From Lobosporangium transversale (lineage: Eukaryota), in assembly GCF_002105155.1 (NCBI RefSeq), contig NW_019028979.1:1302001-1366000 (forward strand): DNA of 64,000 nt, read 5' to 3'. The position numbers and the translations under genes were made by a program. Below the pieces are notes generated by a model. The model was not told the DNA's origin. It did no database searches and saw only the letters and a list, made by a program, of their open reading frames with translations. How positions within the stretch are numbered: the stretch's first letter is position 1; each line of letters opens with the position of its first letter. Shown in pieces: positions 48,694-62,500 of the stretch.

Positions 48694-49475
48694 AATAAAT
48701 GCTAAGCGTTGTGGAATGTTGCTCGTAAGTAAAGGCTCCTGGAGGTATGGCGGAAAGTAGATTTTAGTGGAAAAAAGAGAAGTCAAAATACATTCACCTT
48801 GTAAATCTGTCAAACTGAAAGTTGATAATTTCATTACGAAGTCATGACTAAGAGTAAGACCCGAGAGTAATAGTGAAGTAAATTAACTAAAGACACGACT
48901 TGCAGTCCACTGGCGGGGTGCTAGAGGACTTTTGGTGACGACTCTACTAAAGTGGCCAAGCCATTGACCGCCAGGTTCAAATATACTTCATGAAACGCCC
49001 TCAGCAGGCTGACATGGCTATGAAGTGTATAAGCAGCTCCTTTTCCTCTTAGAAACAAGGACGCGTACATGCATATAGCAGAGGAGCCTCTCTAAGGGTA
49101 TATATTTATGGGAACAATTGCTCAACCTTTGAGCCCCAAATTGCATTTCTGCACCAAGAGGGATAGGACTCGCACTGGTTCCTGTCTGGTTCCATATTCC
49201 TTCAGGATTCATTGCCAATGCCGCTCCTAGTGCCGGAGCACCAATGCCCTACAGCTTTCCCATCTTCGGCTAAAGCTGGGATTCGAGCTGTTGTAAAGAT
49301 TGATAAAGGATTGACCAAGCAGAATTATTACAGGACAGCCCTCAAAATTCGTCCGGCCGTGATTATTTACAGTAGTTAGGGAGGCACGAAGAGAATGATT
49401 GAGCGAGGGGGATGACATGATGATTAGGATTTGAATGGCGGCAAAGCAGCTCGCCAAAGTGGGTCCCCAATGACC

Positions 49476-49700
49476 ATTATCCATCGAGCCAGGACCATAT
49501 ATGTGTTATCTTCTTTTATTGCCTAATTTAGCGAACTTTTCAGAAAACTACCCTTAAATAAAAGAAATAAACTATATAAATCTGCTCTGCTACCAAGTTG
49601 GATCTGCATCTTCTTGATAGTGAGCCAGGAAAAATAGTAAAACTAAAGACAAAAGGGTGGGTATAGGGTGGGACATATATGGTCCTGGCTCTCGGATAAT
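49476..49700. mobile_element. MITE-like element with ~28-bp TIRs
   Basis: ATTATCCATCGAGCCAGGACCATATATGT at the left end vs revcomp ATTATCCGAGAGCCAGGACCATATATGT at the right end, with an AT-rich interior. Confidence 0.7.
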
Positions 49701-51310
49701 AAGCTTAAGTCGTCATGTTATTCGACTTGGCCAGCTATTATGTTTTTATTAAAAGGAAAAGAATAAGAATGGTGAAAAGAGTGAGATAAATATGAGGCTT
49801 GGCTGTCGCAATCTAGTTCGTTACAATTATTGCTTGTCCCTTTCTATGTAAAGGGCTGCCTAGACTAAAAGCTCTACACTATAGCTCATAATCAGATGTG
49901 GTGGATGCTACCATGATAGCCATCGAAGCAGCGGTGTTAGTTAGCAGGGAAAGCATATGGATTGCTCTTGTTGGAGTTTATGTGTGATTTTTTTTTTTTT
50001 TTCTTTTTTTTACAAGAGCTGTCAAGAAGAGAAGGGAAGGGAGGTTTGGTCAATTCAAGCTTGGTTTCCAAAGAAGATGGTTGTGATAGGAAAGCAGCAT
50101 TCATTACTATCATACTTGGCTTAAATTTCTCCCTAAAAAGCTACTGGCGTTGTTTTATTAGGAAGATGGCCTTCACAGATAACATTCCAAGGCGGTTTTT
50201 TGCGGGAACTTTGGGAAGAAGTTTAAAAAAAAAAAAAAAAGCTACATACAATACAGGGCAACTACTAAGCTATGGCATCCTCCATTTTAATAAATGTTAT
50301 GCTTGGAAGCAGTCTCTCCCTAGATTGCTTTTATGGCTCAACGCAGTAGATAGATCCGACTGGTGAGATGCCTTTGTGGCGACAGCGCTTGTCCAAGTAA
50401 CGCTTGCAACCTGTTGGACCATGAGGCTGAATTACGCAAATGTTATCGTCCACAGAAAGTAAGGGAACGCAAGTATCTAAAAGGATTTTTTTTTTATTTT
50501 AAAAAAGAGGTCAGCAAGAATAGACCATCCATTTCTCTTGGAAAAATGAAAATGAGCCTTTCAGCTTAACTAACCTCCAGGGATCATTTTTTTGCGCAAA
50601 GGTTCAACAGGGATGCCCTCTGTATCGCAAATCTTGTACCACAGCTCATAAGCAGATGTGGTGGATGCCATCACGGCGATTATCAAAGCAACAGAGCAGA
50701 TAATAGAAGAGAGTGTGGTATGCATTTTTTTTTGTTATCTATTCTTTTTGAAAAAAAAAAAAAAAAAAAAAAAAAAAAGAAATGAAGAAAAGAAGTAAAT
50801 GGGTTCATTGAGTGTTTTTTTTTTTTTTTTTTTTTTTTTTTTTGAAAAAAAAGGACACATGTAAAAGGAGTCAATTGAAGGCGCCCTTCATTCTTAGGCG
50901 TATTTTTAGCTCCGGAGAGAGAGTTGTTTATACGCCGCTCCTCTGTCTTAAATATCACACACGCCGCTTTGACACTGAATGCTAGGCATTTAACCGCATA
51001 AAGGTATCAGTTTCGGCGGAAGTTTGTACTGAAATGCAATGCGCAATGTTGTCATGGTAAAAGATCATACCACTTAATTTGTATTTAAAAAAAGAACGAA
51101 GGGTCATCATATCGCAAATAAGGAAATATCCTTGACAATGGACATCTATTCAGGTGATATTATTGAGGTAGCTCTCTCCTCCAAGCGGGATAATTGTTGC
51201 ATGCTGTTGTCCAACACAAAGACAGAGGCAAGAATCTAAAACGAAAACAAATCGCTCATTTTCATATACAGCTACAAGATATTGTTTAATGGGCAATTAT
51301 ATGACGCTAA

Positions 51311-54266
51311 CTAAGCTTGCATTTCTACTTCTTGCTGACGCTCTCTCTCAGCCTTGCGTTGTTCTTTTGACTTTCTGAAATATCGCGTCTCTTCAGGATC
51401 AAAGCCTCCTTCTGGTGCACCAAAATATGCCCATGATGGTGTTTCTGCCATGTAATCCAGACTGGTGAACTTTTCCCCAGACTCGACCAAATCAAAGAAT
51501 TTGTCATAGTCGATATGTGTATACCACTTTCCATCCTTTTTGAATTTGGTCGAGGCGACCAATATAGAACAAGAATGAGCGTGCTCTGCCGCAATCTCAT
51601 AACCAGCGCCCAATTGCTCTTGAATCAGCTCCACAAACCGAACAACTTCTGTATGATAGGGAACATTAGCCATTGTCAAACCAGATGCACCTCCATAACC
51701 ACAATAAGTTACTCCCTTGATCTCAATGAAATCAGGCTGACCACGACGGATCAGCTCAACATAGTTGGCAATTTCATCCGTATTGAAATCCTTGACCAGC
51801 GTCAATCTGTAGACTGTACGCTGACCCTTCCTGCCCAGAGCATCCAAACTGTCGAGGAATCGTTCCCAAAAGTCACGGAATAGAGGCCGGTCAATTTTCT
51901 TCAGCGATTCTTTTGTAGAGGCATCGACACTGACATACAACTGGGTTACTGGGTCCATACTAGCAATAGCATCGGGGAACTGAGCGTTTGTCACCAGGAA
52001 CGATGAAATGCGCTTCTTGTGTAGCAACTTGACGAATTCATTGATATGGGGGTACTATACATGTAAAAAAAAAATTTGTTAGTCCGAGTCCACGATAATT
52101 TAGACGGATAGTATGAATCTATAGTCTTGCATGTTCCCAAGACTTACGAAAATAGGCTCGCCAACTAAAGACAGGGCGCAGTGCTTGACCTGAGTGGCCT
52201 CAACAAAACGGTCAGCGCGGACACCAGGAACGCCCTTGAGCTGCTTTAGCATTCCATAGTGGTTTTCCAATGCGCCTTCCAAAATGAACTCTGGGTCATC
52301 GACCTTCCATCTCCACTCTGTACCAACAGGATTAGTATGATGTCTCCAGCTACATCAAGTATGATAAGTAGTAAAAGAAAATAGAGTTAGCATTAATATA
52401 TGTAAAGATAATGTACCATCTCAGCAGAGCATTTAAAATGCATAAAACAAAGAAAAGTACCAGAAGACACATTTGTTGGCGCATGCTAAAGAGGGGGTGG
52501 TTTCCATGCAGAGATGAGACTGAATACCATAGAACGAGTGCTTATAGCAGAATCCGCGACCTCTCAGTGCAGCCTTAGTCCAGCGGCAGATCTTGACACC
52601 AGAGTGGGTCCCAATAATTTTGTACCCTTGCTTGGTTAATGATTTGTACAGCAGAGGGCTGACCATCTCACGCACCTCTCGGGGCTTGATTGCTCTACCA
52701 TCCTTGGTCTCACCAATCATACGCTTTGCACGAACTTTCTGATTCGCATAAGCTTCCTCATCCAGAGCCTTATCTTCCTTGGCTTGCCTGATCTTGCGAG
52801 CCACGTTGCCCATATCCTCTACATCAACCATGTCACCTTCTGAAGTACTGCCTCCATCAATTGTTGGTAACCCCAGCTTTTCCTCCTTGGTTTTCTTCAC
52901 AGCTTGGCCATCTTCATCAAACTCTCCGTCATCATCATGTTCTGAGGCTGATGCGCCATCCTCCTCGTCTGATGAGAAATAAGCTTCGTGAACATGGCTC
53001 TGATTTGGATCCAAGAGTGATTCCAGAAGAGCGTCATTCCACTGTTTGAATGCGCCACCCTGATCTATAAAGGAGTAATTAATATCAGTATACGATACTA
53101 TTGTATCTCCTTGACAATCTTTTTATTTTATTTTATTTTATTTTTTTTTTGAATTCCTTACCTCCATTCTTGTCTCCTTCACCAAAAGGCCAGACACGTT
53201 GAGCACCTAGCTGTCCAAGCCATTTATCTGCAGATCGGGGACCGTTACAGAACTCATCACCATAAGCTGAATCACCCAAACCAAAGACGGAGAACTTGAG
53301 CTTCTTGAGTGATTCTCGCTCCACACGCCAATCGAATCGTGTATCCTCAAGCCACTTCAAAAACCAGTCGTTAGGACCCTCCACGTTATAAGTCGATAGA
53401 ATAAAGATGCACAATGAAGATTCACTCAAGAAATCCTCGGTATCATAGTCCACAATATCGATCAACTTGGGCTCCGGAAGGCCTCGTGAGGCAACAGATT
53501 GTGCTAGTTCTTGAGCAAAGAGCTTTGCTGTCCCAGTGATGGTCGAATAAAATACTTTCATGGGTTCTGTGAGCATAGGAAGCAGCAAAGGATCAATCTT
53601 AGCAGGGGCTGTCGGAGCAAATCCATTTGTCGATGAACAGGCACAAGCATGACCACCACAGCCATTGGAGACAGTGCTAGTAGGAACAGAAGCAGTGATG
53701 ATATTGCCATCATCATCTACCATAGTGTTGTTGTGGTTATTTTCATTCTTATATTTCCCACCGCAGCATCCGGTTGAGGTATCGCCTGCAGGTTTGTTCT
53801 TGCCTCCACAACAACCGTCGACAGTCGAAGAGGTAACGATTGGAGCAGAGGCAGAAGTAGTGACCGGATCAGCTTGCTTTTTATTCTTGGGTTTCTTACG
53901 AATCACTTTGGGTAGTTTTCGGAACTCTTCCTTCTTGAGCCCCTGATGTCTGTAGGGCTTTTGCTCGGCCGTGGCATGATCCATTACTCTAGAAACGGCA
54001 GCGGGAGAGAGAGTTGGGATAGTGGGGTCATGTTCCATATCCTGAACGATCCCCTCAACCTCGTTAGGTGGTTCTTTATTCTCACTAGCATCCTTATCCC
54101 TTTTAGAGTCGCTGTTATTCTCCTTGTCTTCATTAGTGTTGTTGGTGTTTGAATTGACCTTTTCTTTGTTGGAGAGAATAATGGAAAGAGTTGCAATGGC
54201 AAAGGCCATGCAGACCAAAGGAATGCGGTACTCCTTCCAAAGCTGTAAAGCTGATGATGAACTCAT
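51311..54266 (-). CDS. TYW1: S-adenosyl-L-methionine-dependent tRNA 4-demethylwyosine synthase (flavodoxin + radical SAM), multi-exon
   Basis: N-terminal TM and a flavodoxin domain (YSTITGTA, FSVFGLGDSAY). Also HSGVKICRWTK, CYKHSFYGI, TPSLACANKCVFC, HCALSLVGEP, FLVTNAQFP and IEIKGVTYCG. Confidence 0.95.
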
Positions 54267-54517
54267 GTTAAATGTATTCTTCTTTTCTTTCCGGCTAAAA
54301 TAGAAAGAGGAGGGGAAAGAGAGAGTGAGGAAGGTGCAGCAACTGAAGTAAAAAAAAAAAAAAAAAAAAAGGTTCGTCCTCTGTGGTCTGTGTAGGCCCT
54401 GACTTTTTTTTTTAAGATTGTTGTTTGGGTCCAATGGACAAAGTAAATTGTCAAGCCACTTTAATGCAGTCACATTCTCCTAAATCAATTTATTATTTAT
54501 TATGAAATATATACAGT

Positions 54518-56494
54518 TTATTTGTAGCAATGCCATAACCGACCCTTGCTTAAGATACCTAGCTCACAGATAAAGCTGTTGGGATCCCCTTCATCAACCG
54601 TTGTGCTGTGTGTGTTGCCACTTCCAGCCCCGGCCCCCTCCCCACCAGTCCCCTCGCCAGGGATTTCCTCGTCAATCTTGGCCTCCAAGTTCTCGATCGG
54701 TACCTGCCAATGGTTCTGCCCATAGACAACACTAGCCATCTTGGCCATTTTAAGTACATCTTTTAGGTTTCGAGTGCCTGAGTCAAAATAGGGCCACTCG
54801 GATGGATCCCTGACTGCATACTCAGACAAATATCGGATCGCATCTTCTATTGTGCCTCCTCCGCTCTCAATAGTGACGCTCTTTTTGGAGGTGATTCTGA
54901 TCGTACTTTGAATAACGGGCCCCCTATGATGCCACAGATCCACATCGTATGTAGATGCCTGGATGGCCAACAGCATCAATCCTTGTAAGTTAAAGGTCGA
55001 ATAAAAGAAACTGATAGGTCGGAAAGTTTCGTGGGGCTGTGCACCATCCTTGCGGATTTGAGGTCCAACTCTTTTCTCTTTAGCTTCCTCCATCAAAGCT
55101 CTGGCGTCTTCATTACGGCCCAAGAATTCGAGAATAGAGACGTATTGAACTGAGAAGTAGGTGCCATGGTTATTTTTAGCATTCTTCTCCTGATTAGCTT
55201 CGAACGACTCGTCTAACCAACTTATATAGGACTTGAACCAGGTCTGGAGCCTAGGAATCAATGTGGGCTCTGAATGCATGGCCTTGGATCCTTCGATTGC
55301 CTTGAGTGCATCAAACATTCTAAAACAAAAATGTGTAAAAGTAAGGAAAGAAGCATGTTAACAAAAGTCACTCGCGATTATAGAAAAAAAAAAAAATAGA
55401 AGGAAATTGGTAGAGAAAGTATAGAGAGAGTGTAGAGAGAGGCATTACCCATAGACTTTGAACATGTCAAGGACACCTTGAGCACGTCCGAGATTGTTGC
55501 CAAAGATCAAACTGCCATACTTGATATTAGGATTCATGTAGGTTTCTTCGTCTAGGAACCACTGCTTGACTCTGAATACAACCTTTTCAGCATAGCGCTC
55601 CTCGCCTGTCCAAAAATATGCCTGTCCCATATAGTAGCAGTCCCTAAAGACTTTTCTCAAAAGCCGATAATCCCATACCAAGTCCATGTCTGGGTTGGGT
55701 TTACCATCAATTCGGATATACGGCAGGCCACTGGGGGTGTTTGGATTCTTCCAGAAGTAACGTGCCAATGAGGTATAATCATGAATATCGCCTGAAGGTG
55801 GGATCTTGTCCTTGGGCTTGATGACCACTGAGTAAATAGAATTGTTGCGGTAGGCAATATTAGCCTGGCCTAAAATATATTTAACAGCCGCATCTCGCTC
55901 GAGCTTGATATGGGGCCTGCTCTTGAAATAGTCGTCCAAGGCTTTGACACCGATCTTTTCCTCAAGGAGTTTTTTAGATGCAGTCGGAAGAAACGCCTCA
56001 TCAAACTCTGTCGGCAAATCGTCCTGAAGCACTCCCTTATTGTTGTCTTGGGGCTGTTGCACCAGATGTCTATTATTCCCTTCCTGTGGCGGTGTACGTT
56101 TCTCTTTCTCCTCGTCGTCGTCTTCATTATTAAACAGGATCTTGTCGTTATTGACCTCCTCTATATCCTTCCGTTCCCGATCTTCCTCTTCTTTCAGCCT
56201 TTGTTTTTCCATCTCATCCACTTTTTCATTTTCGGCTTGCTTCTGTTTCAACAATTCTCTGTACTTTTCTTCTGCTTTGAGTTGTCGTTCTGCTTCTTCT
56301 GTTTGTTGGAGTTTTTGTTTCTGTAACAAAGCTTCTTGTTGCTCTTGTGTACCGCCATTGCCTCGCCAGTTTTCATTGTTGACGCGGTTAAGAGCAGTAT
56401 TAGTGTGTGGGGTAAGAACATAAAGGGTATAGAAGAGACAGAGGCCTAGCAGTACAGTAAGCCACCTCTTACTGGTTCCTCGTAAGTGAACCAT
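54518..56494 (-). CDS. Alginate_lyase-domain (PF05426; PL38/PL5-like) polysaccharide lyase with N-terminal membrane anchor; 2 exons (56494-55449, 55319-54518)
   Basis: Motifs PPSGDIHDYTSLARYFW...GLPYIRIDGKPNP, WFLDEETYMNPNIKYG, NNHGTY and QIRKDGAQPHETFR. The GT..AG intron at 55448-55320 is in frame. Confidence 0.8.
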
Positions 56495-57438
56495 GTTTGA
56501 TTGATTGTTGTCTCTATTGGCAAAATTATTAGATATAAGGTTGTAGATTTTTGCAAAAAAACAAAAAACAAGGATGGGAGTGAAGAGAAGGAATCTGGAC
56601 AAGAGAGGAGAGAGAGAAAAGACAAAGAGAGCAACAGAGAGAGTAGAGAAAAAGAGAGATAAACATCCACCTCTTATCCCTATGATGCGATCGATTTGTG
56701 TAGAGTATGTTTACTGGGATCAAATGTTATTTTGGGCGCCTAGGCTCGTCGGCGCGGCGTAGACACAGGATGAATCTGCATGGGCGCACACGCACGAGCT
56801 ATTTTCCACAACAACCAAGATGCACAAAGCACACATGTTTTTGTGAACGAGAGCCCATTGCCATCAAACCTTGTCAAAAAAAATTGCTGATCCATCTCTC
56901 TGTCAAGGACATTTAAAAGGTTTTTATATGAATATAGCGACAATGTGCATACATAGTATTAGGAACCTTAAGAAAATCGTATCGATATGAAAAGATCTAG
57001 AATGGCCATTGTTCTGTCTAATACCTTCCTAAGTTCGTTTAGTGGTTTATTCTTAATACAAAACATGGGCGCAAAAAAAATAAAATAAATAAAAGGGCAA
57101 ATCTTGTACTTCATTTGAGCCTTCACTCAAACACCAACTTTTGTTACCAGAGATTTGTAGCTTTAGAAGGCGCTACATTGCTTTTACGCGTTTTTTTTTT
57201 TTTTTTTTACTTGTTTGTTTCTCTGTTTGCTTGTTCGTTTGAATGAAGGATTTCACATGTGTACATGTATGTGTGCGATAGGTTAGAGGAGATTTTCATC
57301 AAAGGTAGTTTTATTATTAACAATTAACAATCCTCAAAATTGTCTTTTTTTAGTTTCTAGCATAGCCACAACTTAGAATTTCAATCTTCTATTCGTAAAA
57401 AAAGATGGGCAGAGCAGAGACCATCTTGGCTTGAACAA

Positions 57439-57696
57439 TCAGTCCATTTCTTCGATAGTAGGCTGTGATGGCTGTGCTTCTTCTGCCCCTGCGCCCAGTG
57501 CTGGCCGTGACGACGATGCTGGTGGTCCTGAGAAGAGACTGCTCATTAGATCTGCTAACAAGTTAGCCTGTTTTGGTGCCCTAACCCCAAAGAACAGCTC
57601 TCCAATAGTCGCCATCATCTATATTTGTTTGTTTATGTAAAATAGTTATCAGTTTTATATCGTACTTGAAGCATAAGGGATTGCCACTACAATGCA

Positions 57697-57737
<41 letters not shown>

Positions 57738-59129
57738 GAATAATCACTTACCGCGCCAAAATTCTCGTCAATGGACAGAATACCTTTATACTTTGCAGAA
57801 AGCTGCTTAAAGAGAGCAGGGTTACCGGTTTCACAGGACAAGAGCAACAGCTGTGTAAAATTGAGCAGTGAGGACTTGAAGGTCTGCACAGTTTTGGTAG
57901 AACCTGAAGGGGTGTTATACTTTTGTTCTGATGCCAAATAGGTTGATGGCAATCGCTCTACAAATGTTTTATAAACAACATTAGCATCGCGTAAATTTTT
58001 CATTGATAATTCCTGAAGGACACCGCGTAACAGGTATGCGCCCTTATCATGACTAGGTTCCATTTCTGACCACTCGAACAAGGCAAGTCCCAACGCCTCT
58101 GCACTTTCTTGTGTTCCTACTAACAGATGTGCCTCTGCTTGAGCGTAGTCCTTTTCTGGGTGCGTCCCACATTGGAATAAAGTCATAGTAATTGATAATA
58201 ATGATAAAAAACAATAACAATAACAATAAAAAGTCAGATGCCGCTCATGCAATAGTTTCGCAAACCTGTTAAAGGCTATGTGTGATTCATGCTTTAATAT
58301 ACCTCTCCAGAACAACAATCCCACATAGTGTTGAATCAGAGGATCGCCCTCCCGGTACTCTCCATTGTATCCAGACCAGCTAGATTGAAGGGTTTTTTGT
58401 AATAAGGTGAAGGATAAATAACAATAATAAAGATTCAACAATCAATTTCCAGGAGTTGCCAATTTACTCAATATTAGCTAACAGTCGTCAATTGCAGCGC
58501 GGTATAGTTTACCTGATAGCCCCTTGGAGAAATGATCTACGTTGAGTGTTCTCGGGTCCCATCAAGTCAGCAAGATCGAAAATACGATCTATCCATTATT
58601 GTTAAGGATATGTCAGTATTCCTAATACATCAAAAATAGGATAATTCCTTAACTAGCAATCCTTTTTTTTTTTTTTTTTTTTTTTTTTACCTCGAGATTC
58701 TTCTGTGACAGGAATCTTTGCCTGATTGTAGACATCAATAAGGTATATTGCCAAGTCTGTTCCTGAGTTGCCCTGCTTATGCTTCAACAGAAGCATTGCT
58801 CCAGAGTGCAAAAGATCGATCGCATCATTGTAATTTTGAGCCTTGACATAGCTGATAAAATAAATAAAAATGTTAAGGGTATGAATAATATTAGTAGTGG
58901 AAAACATCTTGCCTTGTGAATTAATTATGGTCGTTATTATTTGATTTCAACTAAAGGGATGTCCTGTTTTTTCATGTTCCTGACTTGTAAAGAGAAAAGA
59001 AAAAGGATGAAGACAAACGTACCGATTGGCTACAGTACGGTACATCTGATGGGCCTCATAATAGTTTCCGTCACCCACAGACTTTTCTAGTTTCTTCAAT
59101 GTTTTTGCAGTTCCTCTTGCGGCGGCCAT
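57439..59129 (-). CDS. GET4: Golgi to ER traffic protein 4, multi-exon
   Basis: GNYYEAHQMYRTVANRY, AIDLLHSGAMLLLKHKQGNSGTDLA, GDPLIQHYVG, AEAHLLVG, LLNFTQLLL and IGELFFG...NLLADLMSSLF. Confidence 0.92.
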
Positions 59130-59559
59130 AATGAATGCTCTTTCCTTGTTGTTGGTGATGTAGCTTTGAAGGAGGAATGAGATGGTTTCGTCGCGTATCC
59201 TTGCGTTTTCTATGGTCTTCCACGCTCCTATCTGTGGCTCAGCACAAATTCTGTTCGCTCCGAGCAGTCACCCACTTTCTTTTCTTCATTCATTCCCTCC
59301 ACATTCTTTCATTGCAAGAGGAAGCAAAACATTCCACACAATCTCGACCTCGTTTTTCTTCATTACTTCGTTAACCGACTTTCCTTTTTTTTTTTTTTTT
59401 TTTTTTTTTATATTTTTTGTTGTCCTTCGTCTCGCACTCTCTCACTCCTTTTTTTTTATTCAATTTTATTTTATTTCCCTCGCACACGACTGGCTTTGCC
59501 CAGATTTTTTTTTTTTCTTTGACAAACTCTTGGTACTCTTTCTATTTTACAACTCAGCC

Positions 59560-62500
59560 ATGGGGATCTATCGACCTTTAGTGGTAAACAAAATAAAAAA
59601 AAAAAAAACCATTATTGTTTCCCTTTTCTTCTCAAGAATCAAAGCATTATCTTTTCTAATATGAAGGGTCTCTAATTTCATTATTTGATTATTATTAGGT
59701 GACGGCTTTAATAGAAGGATGTCAAATCCCAGCATGTGGTGTGCCCGCTACAATGGTACATGTTTATATTTATAGTCATCAATTGAAATTAAGCTTTCAA
59801 CAAAGTTCCCTTTTGTCTTATATGACGCCTGATCCAGGTTATTGAATAATGACTGTAATAAATATATATGCATATAGAGAATGAACCTAATGGCTTCTAG
59901 CAGGGAGGATCCAAGGATACTCTACATTGGTATGAGGCTCTCCATTTTACACTTTTTTTTTGTCTGTTGTCTTCTACATTTTTTTTTTTCTAAATAACCG
60001 ACACTTTATAGTCAACGGTGACAAGATTCTTGTGTATCATTTCTCAACGCTCACACCTTCGGGAATGCCCACTCTTTCAAATTGGCTCTCTGACCCAAGA
60101 TGCACAAACGATGTAAAGAATACTAACTTAAACGAACGAACTTCTTGAGAAGAAGCTGAGAAAAAAAACAGAAAATGACCTTTTTTTTTTTTTGGTTCAT
60201 GTTTTTGGGTGTAATTAGCATGTCAATGATAGAACAATCAATGTAATGAAGATTGGATACCTTGGCACAGAGGAGGTCCTGGTAACTGCTGATGAAACCG
60301 GTGATGTCTGTGTATGGTTCACTATGAACCTTCGGCGTGATCCACTGTTACTGAGGTGAGGTTTGATATCGAAGTTTTTATTTCTTTAAATTTAGTTCAA
60401 AGTTTATCGGTAAATGCGAGGAATTTTGCTTATTCATACTTTCTATTTTTTTTCTTTTTTCCTTCCTAACTCTGCCCGGTACATAGTGTTGGGAAGTCTG
60501 CATGGGGGATCGCCATTCATTCAGAGCAGCGTCTGATCGCTATATCGTGCAATGCTCATACTGTCACTGTGTTTCATTGTGGAATTGACTCTTGTTGGTC
60601 TCAGCGAGTATTGTCCAGAGATAATTCATCAACCAGGACAGATAATGGAGCAGGAGCAATATTAACAAATGTAGCTTCGTTAGCTACTTCAACTCCACTC
60701 CCATCATTCGAACCTCATATCGAGCACACCTCACAACAAATCCTTCGTGGACATCAACACAACATTCCTTCAGTCACATTTTCACGCTGCGGGAATTTTC
60801 TTGCTACAGCGTCAGTGGATCGTACTTGTAGGACCTGGCGTCTATCGGATGGACAACAAATCCAACATAAATCATTAGGGCCCCTTTGGGGCTGGGGGGT
60901 CTGTTTTGTGGATAAAGATGACTCCTGGATGACTCTTTCTCGACAAGAATATAAGCAGATCCCAAAAGACCATTTGCATCCAGGCAAATTGCCTGGTCAG
61001 AATGTCAGAGATTCTCCATTATCAACCACTGCGTTTTCACAACGACGATTACCCCCTGGAAGGGATTATCGAATGGTTCGGAGTCGATGGTTTGCTGGCC
61101 CGTTACATAATACTTCATGTGACGAGCTTGATAGTGATGATGAAGATCCTCGGAGGAGCCGTGGTGATGCTGATGGAGCGGACGAAATAGATTACATGGA
61201 TGATCGAGATGCAGCCTTATTTGGGATGGACGATGATGAAGGCGAAGATGAATGGGAGGACACGAGTACTGATGGAGGAGAAGGACATGAAAGAGATGTA
61301 GAAGAGCAAGAGGAAGAAGAAGTAGGAGAGACGATGGATGAGGGTGATGATTTAGAAAACGAATTCGGGCGACGGGGTCTAGAGGCGATTCTGCAGCCAA
61401 TACAACATTCGGATGTTTCTGCCGATACAGGTGACGATGCAGATATCGAGGGTACTGGTATCGATACAGAAGATGGTGGTGGCACTACTACAGAAGATGG
61501 TGCTGGCACTAGGTCTTCAACCGTACTTGCACAGCGGAGCCATCGGACAGATGTCCGGAGGCCGAGCGTTGCAGCAGCGGCCAGATCGTCAATCCAACAG
61601 CAAGGAGAGTCCTCATCAGAACATGAAGTACTAAAAGCGTCTATGTCATCAGCACGTACCACAGAGTCAAACATTGCTATTATGGACAAAATTGATGATA
61701 ATGCGTCCGGCGGCCGAGGAGATCATCTTGATCAGTCACTGCCTCAGGAAGTTATAGAAGCTCGGGAATGGGCAATCAATGTAGATCCGAATGCTTTCAC
61801 AGCTTATATATGCACACAACAAATTAGTGAAGGATCGCTGTCCTCCCAGCTCCGAAACCATCGCAACCGGAGATTAGGCATCGGAACAAAAGCAACGGCA
61901 GCATCAGAGCTTATTGCGGCCCAAAGATCTGTGCCGCCCTCCACGTCAAACCTGCTATCAATGCCGTCACCTTCACTTTCACATTCCACCCTAACATTAC
62001 CTCCGCTACCAGCATCATCACAACCACAGCCTTCATTGCCCTCAGAGCTTTTACTCTGTGCAACAGCTCGCAACATTTATCTCCTCAGTCAAGATCATCC
62101 ACCACCACCAAATAGGCGTACAAAAACATATAGCTCGAGACTAGCATCGGCAAGAGACTCTTTGGAAAGCCTCCAGTCAGACCCTCCTGATGAAGGCTTG
62201 ATTACCCATAATGAGCTGTTGATGTGGCACAGTAACCTATTTCAAGACGAAGACCCCGACTACGATTCAGATCCGTATTATGACTATACTATGGATGAGC
62301 TTATGGGCACTGCGGACGATGATAGCAATAGTGGTGATAGTGAGAGTGATGATGACAACGATGACGATGACCCTTATGCGCATCACCACCATCACGATAA
62401 TGATGTTGACATGGATGATCAGGATGATGAGGAGGAAGGAGTCCAGGAAGGAGGAGAAGGTCAGATTCCAGCTCTTTATACTATCTCTGTCGCACGTGCA

